64,000 bases of DNA from Thermoplasmata archaeon (GTDB taxonomy: Archaea > Thermoplasmatota > SW-10-69-26 > JACQPN01 > JAJPHT01), in the NCBI GenBank assembly GCA_034667685.1, contig JAXDQU010000034.1:64001-128000 (forward strand), in the 5' to 3' direction. The notes below the pieces were generated by a model, which saw only the letters and a list, made by a program, of their open reading frames with translations, did not search any database and had not been told where the DNA came from. Below, one piece after another: positions 8,328-16,878 of the stretch. The stretch's first letter is position 1; each line of letters begins with the position of its first letter. A program made the position numbers and the translations under genes.

Positions 8328-9990
8328 AGTAGAGCGCTGGCTCGCGGTACTCGCCGTACACCTTGACCATCGCCTCGCGGATCTCGCCAAGCGTCGCGTA
8401 GGTGTGCGCGGCGTCGATGAGGCGCGGCATGAGGTTGCCCTCGGGCTTCTCGCACGCGACCTGGAGCGCGTGGAGCGCGTCGTCGACCTTCCTCTGGTCG
8501 CGGCGGCGCTTGACGTCCGCGAGGCGCTGGAGCTGGCGCCTTTCGGACTCCTCGCTGATCTTCAGGAGCGGCGGGACGTCCCCGCCTTCGGTGACGTAGT
8601 CGTTGACGCCCACGATGATGCGCTCCTTCTTCTCGATCTCCTTGACGTAGCGATAGCTGGAGTCCGCGATCTGCATCTGGAACCAGCCCTCCTCGATGCC
8701 GGCGACGACGCCGCCGATCCTCTCGATCTGGTCGAAATACTTGTTCGCGGCCTCTTCCATCTCGTTGGTGAGCTGCTCGACGTAGTAGCTGCCGCCCAGC
8801 GGGTCGATGGTGTTGGCGACGCCGCTCTCGTGGGCGAGGATCTGCTGGGTGCGCAGCGCGATGCGGACGGCCTTCTCGGTGGGGAGCGCGAGCGCCTCGT
8901 CGAAGCTGTTGGTGTGCAGCGATTGCGTGCCGCCCAGGACGGCGGCGAGCGCCTGGATGGTGGTGCGCACGATGTTGTTCTCGGGCTGCTGCGCGGTGCA
9001 GCTCACGCCCGCGGTCTGCGTGTGGAAGCGCAGGAGCCACGAGCGCGGGTTCTTGCACCCGATTTCATCGCGCATGAACTTGGCCCAGATCCGCCGCGCG
9101 GCGCGGAACTTGGCGATCTCCTCGAAGAAGTCGTTGTGGCTGTTGAAGAAGAAGCTGAGGCGCGGCGCGAAGTCGTCCGGGTCGAGGCCGCGCGCCTTCG
9201 CCATGCGCACGTACGTCATGCCGTTGGCGAGCGTGAACGCCAACTCCTGCTGCGCGGTGCTGCCCGCCTCGCGGATGTGGTAGCCGCTGATGCTGATCGT
9301 GTTCCAGTTGGGGACCTTCTCCGAGCCGAACTCGAACGTGTCCAGCACGAGCCGAAGGCTGGGCGCCGGCGGGAAGATGAACATCTTCTGCGCCTGGTAC
9401 TCCTTCAGGATATCATTCTGCGTGGTGCCCGCGAGCTTGTCCAGCGGGAAGCCGCGGTTCTCGGCCGCCGCGAGGTACATCGCCCAGATGATCGGCGCGG
9501 GGCCGTTGATCGTCATGCTGACGCTGACCTGGTCGAGCGGGATGCCCGCGAAGAGCGTCTCCATGTCGGCCGTCGTGTCGATGGCGACGCCGACCTTGCC
9601 GACCTCGCCCTTGCTCCACGCGTGGTCCGAGTCGAAGCCCTGCAGCGTGCAGAAGTCGAACGCCGTCGAGAGGCCCGTCTGCCCCTGCGAGAGCAGGAAC
9701 TTGAAGCGCTCGTTCGTCTCCTCCGCCGTGCCGAAGCCCGCGAACTGGCGCATCGTCCAGAGCCGGCCGCGGTACATGGTGGGCTGCACGCCGCGCGTGA
9801 AGGGGAACTCGCCCGGGTAGCCCAGGTCGCGGTCGTGATCGAACCCCTCCAGGTTCCACGGGCCGTAGAGGCGCTCGACCGGCTTGGAGGAGGTCGTGAC
9901 GAACTCCTTCCTCCGCTCGGGCGCCTTCTCCAGCGTCTTGCGCAGGGTGGTCTCTTCCCAGCGCTTCTTCGCGGCCTTGGGGTCCGTCAT
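8326..9990 (-). CDS. Methylmalonyl-CoA (acyl-CoA) mutase, large substrate-binding subunit
   Basis: [73 protein letters not shown]; no B12-binding domain, so split archaeal type. Confidence 0.95.
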   Translation of the reverse strand: MTDPKAAKKRWEETTLRKTLEKAPERRKEFVTTSSKPVERLYGPWNLEGFDHDRDLGYPGEFPFTRGVQPTMYRGRLWTMRQFAGFGTAEETNERFKFLLSQGQTGLSTAFDFCTLQGFDSDHAWSKGEVGKVGVAIDTTADMETLFAGIPLDQVSVSMTINGPAPIIWAMYLAAAENRGFPLDKLAGTTQNDILKEYQAQKMFIFPPAPSLRLVLDTFEFGSEKVPNWNTISISGYHIREAGSTAQQELAFTLANGMTYVRMAKARGLDPDDFAPRLSFFFNSHNDFFEEIAKFRAARRIWAKFMRDEIGCKNPRSWLLRFHTQTAGVSCTAQQPENNIVRTTIQALAAVLGGTQSLHTNSFDEALALPTEKAVRIALRTQQILAHESGVANTIDPLGGSYYVEQLTNEMEEAANKYFDQIERIGGVVAGIEEGWFQMQIADSSYRYVKEIEKKERIIVGVNDYVTEGGDVPPLLKISEESERRQLQRLADVKRRRDQRKVDDALHALQVACEKPEGNLMPRLIDAAHTYATLGEIREAMVKVYGEYREPALY

Positions 9991-10036
9991 CGGAAAGCCA
10001 GACTGGGGGCGCGCCAAAAAGGCTTCGGCCTGCGGA

Positions 10037-10468
10037 TCACGCGAAGCCCGCAGCGGCGTGTTGCTGCGCGCTGGCGCGGTTGATGAGCTGGACGCCCGTG
10101 ACGATGCCCCAGACCCACATGCCCACGACCAGCGGGAGGCCCACGACGATGCCGACGATCGTGACGATCAGGACGACGCCCAGGAGCGTGAGAAAGCCCT
10201 GCGCCCAGCCGATCATCTCGCCCGCGACGAGGGAGCCGAGCCCCGGCCAGACGAGGACGTTGAGCACGAGCCCGGCGACGGCCATGCCCACGGAGACGGG
10301 CCGTTCGGCCGGCGCGACGTGGACGTGCACCTGCGTGGGCGGCGCGACCCAGGCGGGCGGCGAGAGCGTGGCGCCCTGCGGGCCCGAGGCGACCACCGGG
10401 CGGCCACACGTCGCGCAGAAGCTGGAGCCGGCGGCGAGGTTGGCGCCGCACGACGAGCAGAAGGGCAT
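10037..10468 (-). CDS. Zinc-ribbon plus TM2-like membrane protein
   Basis: [14 protein letters not shown] followed by hydrophobic WPGLGSL..G..QG helices. Confidence 0.75.
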   Translation of the reverse strand: MPFCSSCGANLAAGSSFCATCGRPVVASGPQGATLSPPAWVAPPTQVHVHVAPAERPVSVGMAVAGLVLNVLVWPGLGSLVAGEMIGWAQGFLTLLGVVLIVTIVGIVVGLPLVVGMWVWGIVTGVQLINRASAQQHAAAGFA

Positions 10469-10564
10469 GCGCCCCGCCACGGAGGCCGCGTAACATGAAC
10501 CTGCTTGCGGGGTCTGTTCCATGACCGGCAACCTTTCAAGCCGCGCGGCCCGATCCGGAGCGCG

Positions 10565-10642
10565 ATGGCCCTGCTGTTGGTCGGCTCGCGCCGAACCTCT
10601 CTGTCGTTCGATGTTCGGCGCGCCGACGAGGAGGTCGCCTGA
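10565..10642 (+). CDS. Putative 25-aa leader ORF MALLLVGSRRTSLSFDVRRADEEVA, coupled to usp
   Basis: ATG 10565; TGA 10640-42 overlaps the usp ATG (TGATG); first 7 aa are identical to Usp. Confidence 0.4.
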   Translation: MALLLVGSRRTSLSFDVRRADEEVA

Positions 10643-11079
10643 TGGCCCTCCTCCTCGTCGGCTATGACGGCTCGCCTCCGTCGCGCCGCGCGTTCGAGCG
10701 CGCCCTGGCGCGCGGGAAGGGGATGCACGACGCGATCCTCGTCGTGAGCGTCCTCCCGCCCGGCGTCCGCGAGTCGTCGCTCTCGCGCATGATGCCCGCG
10801 GGCATCGCGCTTCCCGAGACGCTCAACGGCACGTTCGAGCAGCACACGCGCGAGCGCTTGGAGGAGGTCCTTGCCACGGCGAAGGCGGCGGGCGTCCAGG
10901 CGCGCGGCGAGGTGCGCACCGGCTCGCCCGTGGAGTGCCTGCTCGCGGCGGCGCGCGAGGCGAAGGCCGACGAGATCATCCTGGGCGCCAAGTCCTACGA
11001 GGGCCCCGACAAGGAGGTCGGGCCCAACGCGGAGCAGATCGCGAGCCGCGCACAGATCCCCGTGACGCTCGTCCCTTGA
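10642..11079 (+). CDS. Universal stress protein (Usp family)
   Basis: LLVGYDGSPPSRRAFERA, GSPVECLL..A....ADEIILGA, VG..AEQIA..AQIPVTLVP; GAGGAGGT SD upstream. Confidence 0.92.
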   Translation: MALLLVGYDGSPPSRRAFERALARGKGMHDAILVVSVLPPGVRESSLSRMMPAGIALPETLNGTFEQHTRERLEEVLATAKAAGVQARGEVRTGSPVECLLAAAREAKADEIILGAKSYEGPDKEVGPNAEQIASRAQIPVTLVP

Positions 11080-11098
11080 TGCCGTGGGTTCACCTCCA

Positions 11099-11173
11099 GC
11101 CACAGAGGGACACAGAGGCCACAGAGGTCGCCCTTCTTTGCGTTCCTCTGTGGCCTCTGTGTCCCTCTGTGGC
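11099..11173. repeat. 29-bp perfect inverted repeat built from CACAGAGG-containing 9-mers
   Basis: gccacagagggacacagaggccacagagg (11099-11127) and its reverse complement (11145-11173). Confidence 0.95.
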
Positions 11174-11226
11174 CGGAGGGGTGGGCGTGGCATACCCTTT
11201 TTCCGCCTTGCGCCGCTGCGCGGCGC

Positions 11227-13221
11227 ATGGATGAGGTGCGGACGATCGCGGTCCTCGGCGCGGGCGACATGGGGCATGGCATCGCGGAGCTGGCGGCGAT
11301 GCGCGGCTTCGAGGTGCGCCTGCGCGACATTAGCGAGGACGTGCTGGCGCGCGCCCGCGACGCCATCGCGGCGAGCCTCGACAAGCTCGTGGCGAAGGGC
11401 CGCCTGACGCGCGAGGCCGCCGACGCCGCGCGGGGCCGCATCCGGACGACGACGGACCTGACGGAGGCGGTGGGGAGCGCGGACCTCGTGATCGAGGCGG
11501 TTCCCGAGAAGCTCGACCTCAAGCAGCGCGTCTTCGTCGAGGCGGAGGCCGCCGCCGCGCCGCGCGCCCTGCTCGCGACGAACACGAGCGCCATGCGCAT
11601 CCGCGAGATCGGCAGCGGCCTGCCCGACCCCGCGCGCCTGGTGGGCATGCACTTCTTCAACCCGGTCCTGCTGATGGACCTCGTCGAGATCATCCCCTCG
11701 CCCGCGGCGCGCCCGGAGGCCCTCGCGACGGCGGAGGCGGTGGCCGCGAAGCTGGGCAAGACGGCCGTGACGCTGCGCGCCGACACGCCCGGCTTCGTCA
11801 CGAGCCGGCTGATCTCGGTCTGGGTGGGCGCGGCCGTGCTCGCGCAGGAGGCGAAGATCGCGGACAAGGAGAGCATCGACGCCGCGATGCGCTTCCGCGC
11901 GGGCTTCCCGATGGGGCCCTTCGAGCTCGCCGACTACACGGGCCTCGACGTGGGGCTCCACGCGAGCGACTACATGGCGGATCGGCTCGGCGAGGCGTAC
12001 CGGCCCGGCGCGTCGATGCGCGCGCTCGTGGAGAAGGGCGACCTGGGCAAGAAGACCGGCCGGGGCTTCTACGCGTGGAAGGATGGAAAGGCGCAGGTCC
12101 GGCTGGACGCGGAGCAGGCGAAGGCGTTCGACCCGACGCTCGTGCTCGCGCTCGTGGCGAACGAGGCGGCCAAGCTCGTCGAGCAGGGCGTCGCCACGGC
12201 CGCGGACGTCGACCTCGCGTGCCGCCAGGGGCTCGCGTTCCCCAAGGGGCCGCTCGAATGGGCCGACGAGGTCGGCGTCGACGCGGTGGTGAAGGCGCTC
12301 TACACCCTGCAGGAGCGCACGGGCCATCCGCTCGCGGAGCCCTACGAGCTTCTCCTGGAGATGGTCGAGGAGGGGCGCACCGGCAAGCAGGCCGGGCGCG
12401 GCTTCCACGACTACGCTCCCGCCCAGGGCAAGCGCGAGCGCGAGACGCTCGTGGTCACGGTCGACGCCGCGAGCCGGGTCGGCACGATCACGCTCGACCG
12501 TCCGCACCGCCTGCACGCGATCAACGCCGACCTCATCCGCGAGATGGAGGACGCGATCCGCGAGCTGGATCGCGACGAGCGCGTGCGCGTCATCCTCGTG
12601 ACGGGCAGCGGCGAGAAGGCGTTCTGCGCGGGCGCGGACCTCTCCGAGGCCACGGGCGTCACGCCCAGCGCCGCGACGGAGACGATCCGGCGCGCGCACC
12701 GCATGTGCATCGAGATCGAGAAGTGCGCCAAGCCCGTCGTCGCGGCGGTCAACGGCCTGGCGCTGGGCGGCGGCTTCGAGCTGGCGCTCGCCTGCGACCT
12801 GCGCGTGGCGGCGCGGGGCGCGACGTTCGGCCTGCCCGAGGTCACGCTGGGCCTCCTCCCCGCGATGGGCGGCACGCAGCGCCTCCCCAAGCTCGTCGGC
12901 CTCGCGCGCGCCAAGGAGATCGCGCTCCTGGGCAAGCGCTTCGACGCGCAGCAGGCGCTCGCGTGGGGCCTCGTGACCGCCGTGTACGACAACGACCGGT
13001 TCAAGCTGGAGGCGCACGCCTTCGCCGCCGAGCTCGCCACGCGCGCCCCCCTCGCGCTCAAGGCGACGAAGCAGCTGCTCAACGCCTCCGCGACGACCGA
13101 CATCCACGCCGGCATGGAGCTGGAGGCCATGGCCTTCGGCGTGCTCGTGTCCACGGACGACGTGCTCGAAGGCGTGTCCGCGATGTTCGCCAAGCGGAAG
13201 CCGGAGTTCCAGGGCAAGTAG
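11227..13221 (+). CDS. 3-hydroxyacyl-CoA dehydrogenase / enoyl-CoA hydratase fusion (archaeal domain order)
   Basis: VLGAGDMGHGIA, EAVPEKLDLK, GMHFFNP, LGKKTGRGFY; C-terminal AFCAGADL, ALGGGFELALACD, PEVTLG. Confidence 0.95.
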   Translation: MDEVRTIAVLGAGDMGHGIAELAAMRGFEVRLRDISEDVLARARDAIAASLDKLVAKGRLTREAADAARGRIRTTTDLTEAVGSADLVIEAVPEKLDLKQRVFVEAEAAAAPRALLATNTSAMRIREIGSGLPDPARLVGMHFFNPVLLMDLVEIIPSPAARPEALATAEAVAAKLGKTAVTLRADTPGFVTSRLISVWVGAAVLAQEAKIADKESIDAAMRFRAGFPMGPFELADYTGLDVGLHASDYMADRLGEAYRPGASMRALVEKGDLGKKTGRGFYAWKDGKAQVRLDAEQAKAFDPTLVLALVANEAAKLVEQGVATAADVDLACRQGLAFPKGPLEWADEVGVDAVVKALYTLQERTGHPLAEPYELLLEMVEEGRTGKQAGRGFHDYAPAQGKRERETLVVTVDAASRVGTITLDRPHRLHAINADLIREMEDAIRELDRDERVRVILVTGSGEKAFCAGADLSEATGVTPSAATETIRRAHRMCIEIEKCAKPVVAAVNGLALGGGFELALACDLRVAARGATFGLPEVTLGLLPAMGGTQRLPKLVGLARAKEIALLGKRFDAQQALAWGLVTAVYDNDRFKLEAHAFAAELATRAPLALKATKQLLNASATTDIHAGMELEAMAFGVLVSTDDVLEGVSAMFAKRKPEFQGK

Positions 13222-13234
13222 CTCTTCGTGGCGA

Positions 13235-13311
13235 TCCCTTCCCAACACCGCGCATCCAAGGCATCCGCGGATTCCGGGATTCTCGGTGTTGGGAAGGGAG
13301 CGCCGGCAAAC
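13235..13311 (-). repeat. 65-bp MITE/REP-like element, copy 1
   Basis: Ends tcccttcccaacaccg...cggtgttgggaaggga; near-identical to 15085-15149 and 24047-24111 in opposite orientation. Confidence 0.9.
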
Positions 13312-13367
13312 AGCAGCGGGCCGGGCCCGAGCAACCCTTAAGGATCGATGCCCCGTCGCGCGCCACG

Positions 13368-15035
13368 ATGGCGTTCCCCGCCGCCGACGCGACGGCCTCC
13401 GCCCCCGCGCCGAGCCTGGGCTGGTGGGCGCGCTTCTGCCGCGCGCTGGAGGCGTACCCGGTCGAGCGCATCGGCATGGCGGCCGTCGCGGCGGGCATCG
13501 TGCTGCGCCTCGCGGCGCCCTTCTTCATGGACTTCCGGAGCGACGGCGACACGTACGTCGCGATGGGGCACGCCTGGGCCTTGCACCATGCGTTCCTGAT
13601 GCCCTACGGCGACGTGACGACGTGGGGTCCCACGGGCCCGATGTACAGCAACCACTACCCGCCGCTCTACCCGTTCTACCTGGGGCTCGTCTTCACCGTC
13701 TTCGGCTTCGGGCTCTGGCAGGCCAAGATCGCGGCCCTCGCCATGTCGCTCGCGGCCCTCGCGGCGGCCTACTTCACGTCGCGCGACCTCTACGGCCGGA
13801 ACGTCGCGGCGCTCGTCGCCGGCCTCCTGGCCCTGGAGCCGCACCTCGTCTGGGCTGGCGGCACGGGCTTCAGCGAGAACATGGTGCTGCTGTTCTTCGC
13901 GCTCACGATGTGGGCGATCATCCGCTCGCTCACCGACGACCGCTTCATCGTCCTGGCGGGCTTCTTCGCGGGCCTCGCCTACCTCAGCAAGAGCAGCGTC
14001 GGCTACTTCTTCGTCATCGCCGGCGCGGGCGGCTTCCTGTGGCGCTTCTACTACAAGCGTTGGAAGCTGTTCACGAACTTCTGGTACATGGCGGCCATCG
14101 TCCTCTTCCTGGGCCTCGCGTCCTGGTGGGCGATCCGCAACGTCGACCTCTTCGGCTGGCAGCAGCAGACCTTCCAGACGTTCTGGATCAGCGTCTCGGG
14201 CTGGCACGTGGACTTCTCCACCCGAACGATCATCGCGCAGATCCCCAACTGGGAGACCAGCAGCTACGTGCGCTACGTGCAGACCTACGCGTGGCAGCAC
14301 CCCGACCTCTGGCAGGAGGCGCTGCTCGCCAAGATCCCGTTCTTCGCCGTCTTCCTGCTCTGGTACGCGCTCCCCTTCCTGCCCGAGTCGTGGGCCGCGA
14401 CCAAGAAGATCCGCGAGGAGCACACGAGCGCGCTCTGGCTCAGCGTCTTCCTCGTGTGGGTCACCGGCTGGGTCATCGCATCCATGTTCTGGACGTTCGA
14501 GAAGAGCAGCCTCTACTGGTTCGATAACCACCGCTACACGGTCATCGGCCTGCTCCCCCTGGGCTGGCTGCTCCTGCGCGAGGCGGACCTGAGCCGCGCC
14601 GGCACGCGCATCCGCTACGTGCTCCTCGCGCTCTCGCTCTTCGCGGCCTGCGGCGCCGTCCTCCTGAGCCCGGTGAAATTCAGCGACCTGCACGCCGCCG
14701 AGGCCATCGACCCCTACCTGCGCCCCGGCGACGAGATCGGCATGGGCGGCGGGACGATCAAGTACGCCGTCTACGCCTACATGACGCACCCCGAGCAGAT
14801 CACCGTCTACGGCTGCCAGCAACCCGCGCCCACCCCCGCGCAATGCCAGCCCGACCACCACCCCGCGTTCATCCTCACGCTCAACGGCGACACCTACGGC
14901 AGCGATTACGTTCGGGTGGGCGTCTTCACCCAAAGCTACTGGAACGGCGGCATCATGACCACCACCGTCTGGGCACGCAGCGACGTCGTCGAGGCGCGGC
15001 ACGTGCCCGCCAACATGGCGAGCAGCGGCGTCTGA
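13368..15035 (+). CDS. GT-C membrane glycosyltransferase (ArnT/PMT, GT39-like)
   Basis: Multi-TM protein; RSDGDTY, YPPLYP, FSENMV, LAYLSK, RY motifs. Confidence 0.8.
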   Translation: MAFPAADATASAPAPSLGWWARFCRALEAYPVERIGMAAVAAGIVLRLAAPFFMDFRSDGDTYVAMGHAWALHHAFLMPYGDVTTWGPTGPMYSNHYPPLYPFYLGLVFTVFGFGLWQAKIAALAMSLAALAAAYFTSRDLYGRNVAALVAGLLALEPHLVWAGGTGFSENMVLLFFALTMWAIIRSLTDDRFIVLAGFFAGLAYLSKSSVGYFFVIAGAGGFLWRFYYKRWKLFTNFWYMAAIVLFLGLASWWAIRNVDLFGWQQQTFQTFWISVSGWHVDFSTRTIIAQIPNWETSSYVRYVQTYAWQHPDLWQEALLAKIPFFAVFLLWYALPFLPESWAATKKIREEHTSALWLSVFLVWVTGWVIASMFWTFEKSSLYWFDNHRYTVIGLLPLGWLLLREADLSRAGTRIRYVLLALSLFAACGAVLLSPVKFSDLHAAEAIDPYLRPGDEIGMGGGTIKYAVYAYMTHPEQITVYGCQQPAPTPAQCQPDHHPAFILTLNGDTYGSDYVRVGVFTQSYWNGGIMTTTVWARSDVVEARHVPANMASSGV

Positions 15036-15063
15036 GAGGGCAAGGGTAGGGGCAAGTTCTCCT

Positions 15064-15170
15064 CCCATGCTCGTTTGCCGGCGCTCCTTTCCCGACACCG
15101 AGAATCCCAGAATCCGCGGATGCCTCGGATGCGCGGTGTTGGGAAGGGAGCGCCACCAAACGAGCATGGG
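15064..15170 (+). repeat. 65-bp MITE/REP-like element, copy 2, inside an extended hairpin
   Basis: Core 15085-15149; outer arms cccatgctcgtttg / caaacgagcatggg. Confidence 0.9.
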
Positions 15171-15240
15171 TCGTTCCACGTAGGCGACACCGCTATCGTC
15201 CCGGCCGCGGCTCGGAGCCTCCCCTCGGAGGGGATTGCAC

Positions 15241-15777
15241 ATGACGATGATCGACAAGGTCCAAGGGACGATCGAGAAGCTGACCGGCGACGACACGCGG
15301 CTCAACAGCGCGGAGATCACCACGATCCAGCAGGCGTACAATGCGCTCCAGCTCGGCCTCGTGAAGACCGCGCTCTACCAGGGCCAGGCGCAGAACGCGG
15401 ACGTGAAGGCGTGCCTGGGCGAGCTGCGCGACGACTTCCTCGTGCCCCACCTCGACAAGCCCCGCCGCATCCTGGAGAAGTCCGGCATCCCCTTCCTCGA
15501 CCTGCACGCCACCGACCGCGTGCAGAACCTGCCGAAGGCGACCGGCGGCGTCCTCCTGCGCGACGAGGAGATCATGCTCGACACCGTCCTCGCGCTCCAG
15601 GCGACCATCACCGGCCTGCAGGCCGGCGCCATCGCGGCGGTCCGCGGCGACGTGCGCGACTACTTCCTCAACGCCCGCGACGCCGCGACGGACCAGTGGC
15701 GCAAGGTCGGCCTCGTGGCCTACCGCCTCATGCCCCAGGCGATCCCGCCCACGATGAGCGGGGTTAGCCCGCGCTGA
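15241..15777 (+). CDS. Ferritin-like protein, DUF3231/coat-F-like
   Basis: Helical 178-aa ORF with LNSAEI, AQNADVK..L, L...GIP, DEEI, A..AVRGDVRDYF; GGAGG SD upstream. Confidence 0.6.
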   Translation: MTMIDKVQGTIEKLTGDDTRLNSAEITTIQQAYNALQLGLVKTALYQGQAQNADVKACLGELRDDFLVPHLDKPRRILEKSGIPFLDLHATDRVQNLPKATGGVLLRDEEIMLDTVLALQATITGLQAGAIAAVRGDVRDYFLNARDAATDQWRKVGLVAYRLMPQAIPPTMSGVSPR

Positions 15778-15886
15778 AGGGGAAGCGAGGGAAGACGGGA
15801 AGAAGGGAAGATGGGAAGACGGGGCCCGCGTTCCCTTCTTCCCGTCTTCCCTCGCTTCCCGGCTTCCCGTCTTCCCGTCTTCCCTT
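15776..15886. repeat. Imperfect purine/pyrimidine inverted repeat built from GGGAAGAC-type 8-mers
   Basis: gggaagcgagggaagacgggaagaagggaa versus ttcccttcttcccgtcttccctcgcttccc plus further units. Confidence 0.9.
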
Positions 15887-15956
15887 CGGTTGGCGTCCGT
15901 TTCCACTTCGGCACCTTCAAGCCTCCAACCGGGTGGTAGGACGCTAGGGATGCACG

Positions 15957-16640
15957 ATGCCGTTTCTGGTTGACAACGGGCCGCCGGTGGACGCGGCCAC
16001 GCTCGCGGCGGCGAAGGCCGAGCTGCCGCGCGAGTATGGGCTGCGGGTGGTGGCGCAGGGCGGGCGCAAGACGATCCTCGCCCGCGTGCCGCGCGCGAAG
16101 CCGGATTACAACTACGAGCTGGCCATGGTCGCCTTCTACGCCTCGCTCGACGACGTGAAGGACTGCTCCGACGTCCTGCTCATCGGCGACGAGCAGACCG
16201 TCCGCATGGCGCCGATCCGCCTGCGCGACCACATCCGCGACCAGGTGCGCGAGGACAAGGACGCGGCCTCCGCGTTGCGCACCCGCATGGCGCGCGAGTA
16301 CGGCTGGACCACGTGGCAGTCCCCCATCAACGTCAACCACAAGGCGCTCGCGCTCCGGCTCCCGATCGGGAGCATGGCGGAGGCCGACGAGCAGGTGCTC
16401 CTCAAGAGCCGCTCCGGCGTGGGCAGCGAGCTGGTCAACGTCCTCTGCGACGTCCAGTACGTCTACCTCATCACGGACGGCGACTACGCGCGCGTGGGCC
16501 GCCGCGTCTTCCTGGACGCCGTGGCGAGCGACCTGCGGGAGACCGTCGGGTTCAAGGAGAGCAAGACGGCCAATCCGATCCACCTGGCGTACCAGACGCC
16601 CGGCTCGTTCATCAAGCAGGCCGATCTCCCCCGCGGATAG
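15957..16640 (+). CDS. Hypothetical protein
   Basis: 227-aa ORF with host-like codon usage and globular composition; no motif recognised. Confidence 0.75.
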   Translation: MPFLVDNGPPVDAATLAAAKAELPREYGLRVVAQGGRKTILARVPRAKPDYNYELAMVAFYASLDDVKDCSDVLLIGDEQTVRMAPIRLRDHIRDQVREDKDAASALRTRMAREYGWTTWQSPINVNHKALALRLPIGSMAEADEQVLLKSRSGVGSELVNVLCDVQYVYLITDGDYARVGRRVFLDAVASDLRETVGFKESKTANPIHLAYQTPGSFIKQADLPRG

Positions 16641-16647
16641 AGAACGC

Positions 16648-16775
16648 ACGTCGTTCACGTTCTCGTTCACGGCGTACGTTCCACGTTCACGTCGCACGTT
16701 TTTCGTTTGACGTGGAACGTGCAACGACGACGTGAACGTGGAACGATAGCCGAGAACGTGAACGAGAACGTGAGC
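16648..16775. repeat. Imperfect inverted repeat built from CGTTCA/CGTTCT hexamers
   Basis: cacgttctcgttcacg...cgttccacgttcacgtcg versus cgacgtgaacgtggaacg...cgtgaacgagaacgtg. Confidence 0.88.
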
Positions 16776-16878
16776 GCAAGCGGGCGAGCAACCAGCCCGT
16801 CGATCGGCGAGCCCGCGGGGACTGCTTCGCCCCCCGTACTGGAAACCATTTTGAACCTCGCGTCAACGGGCGCCTCGC

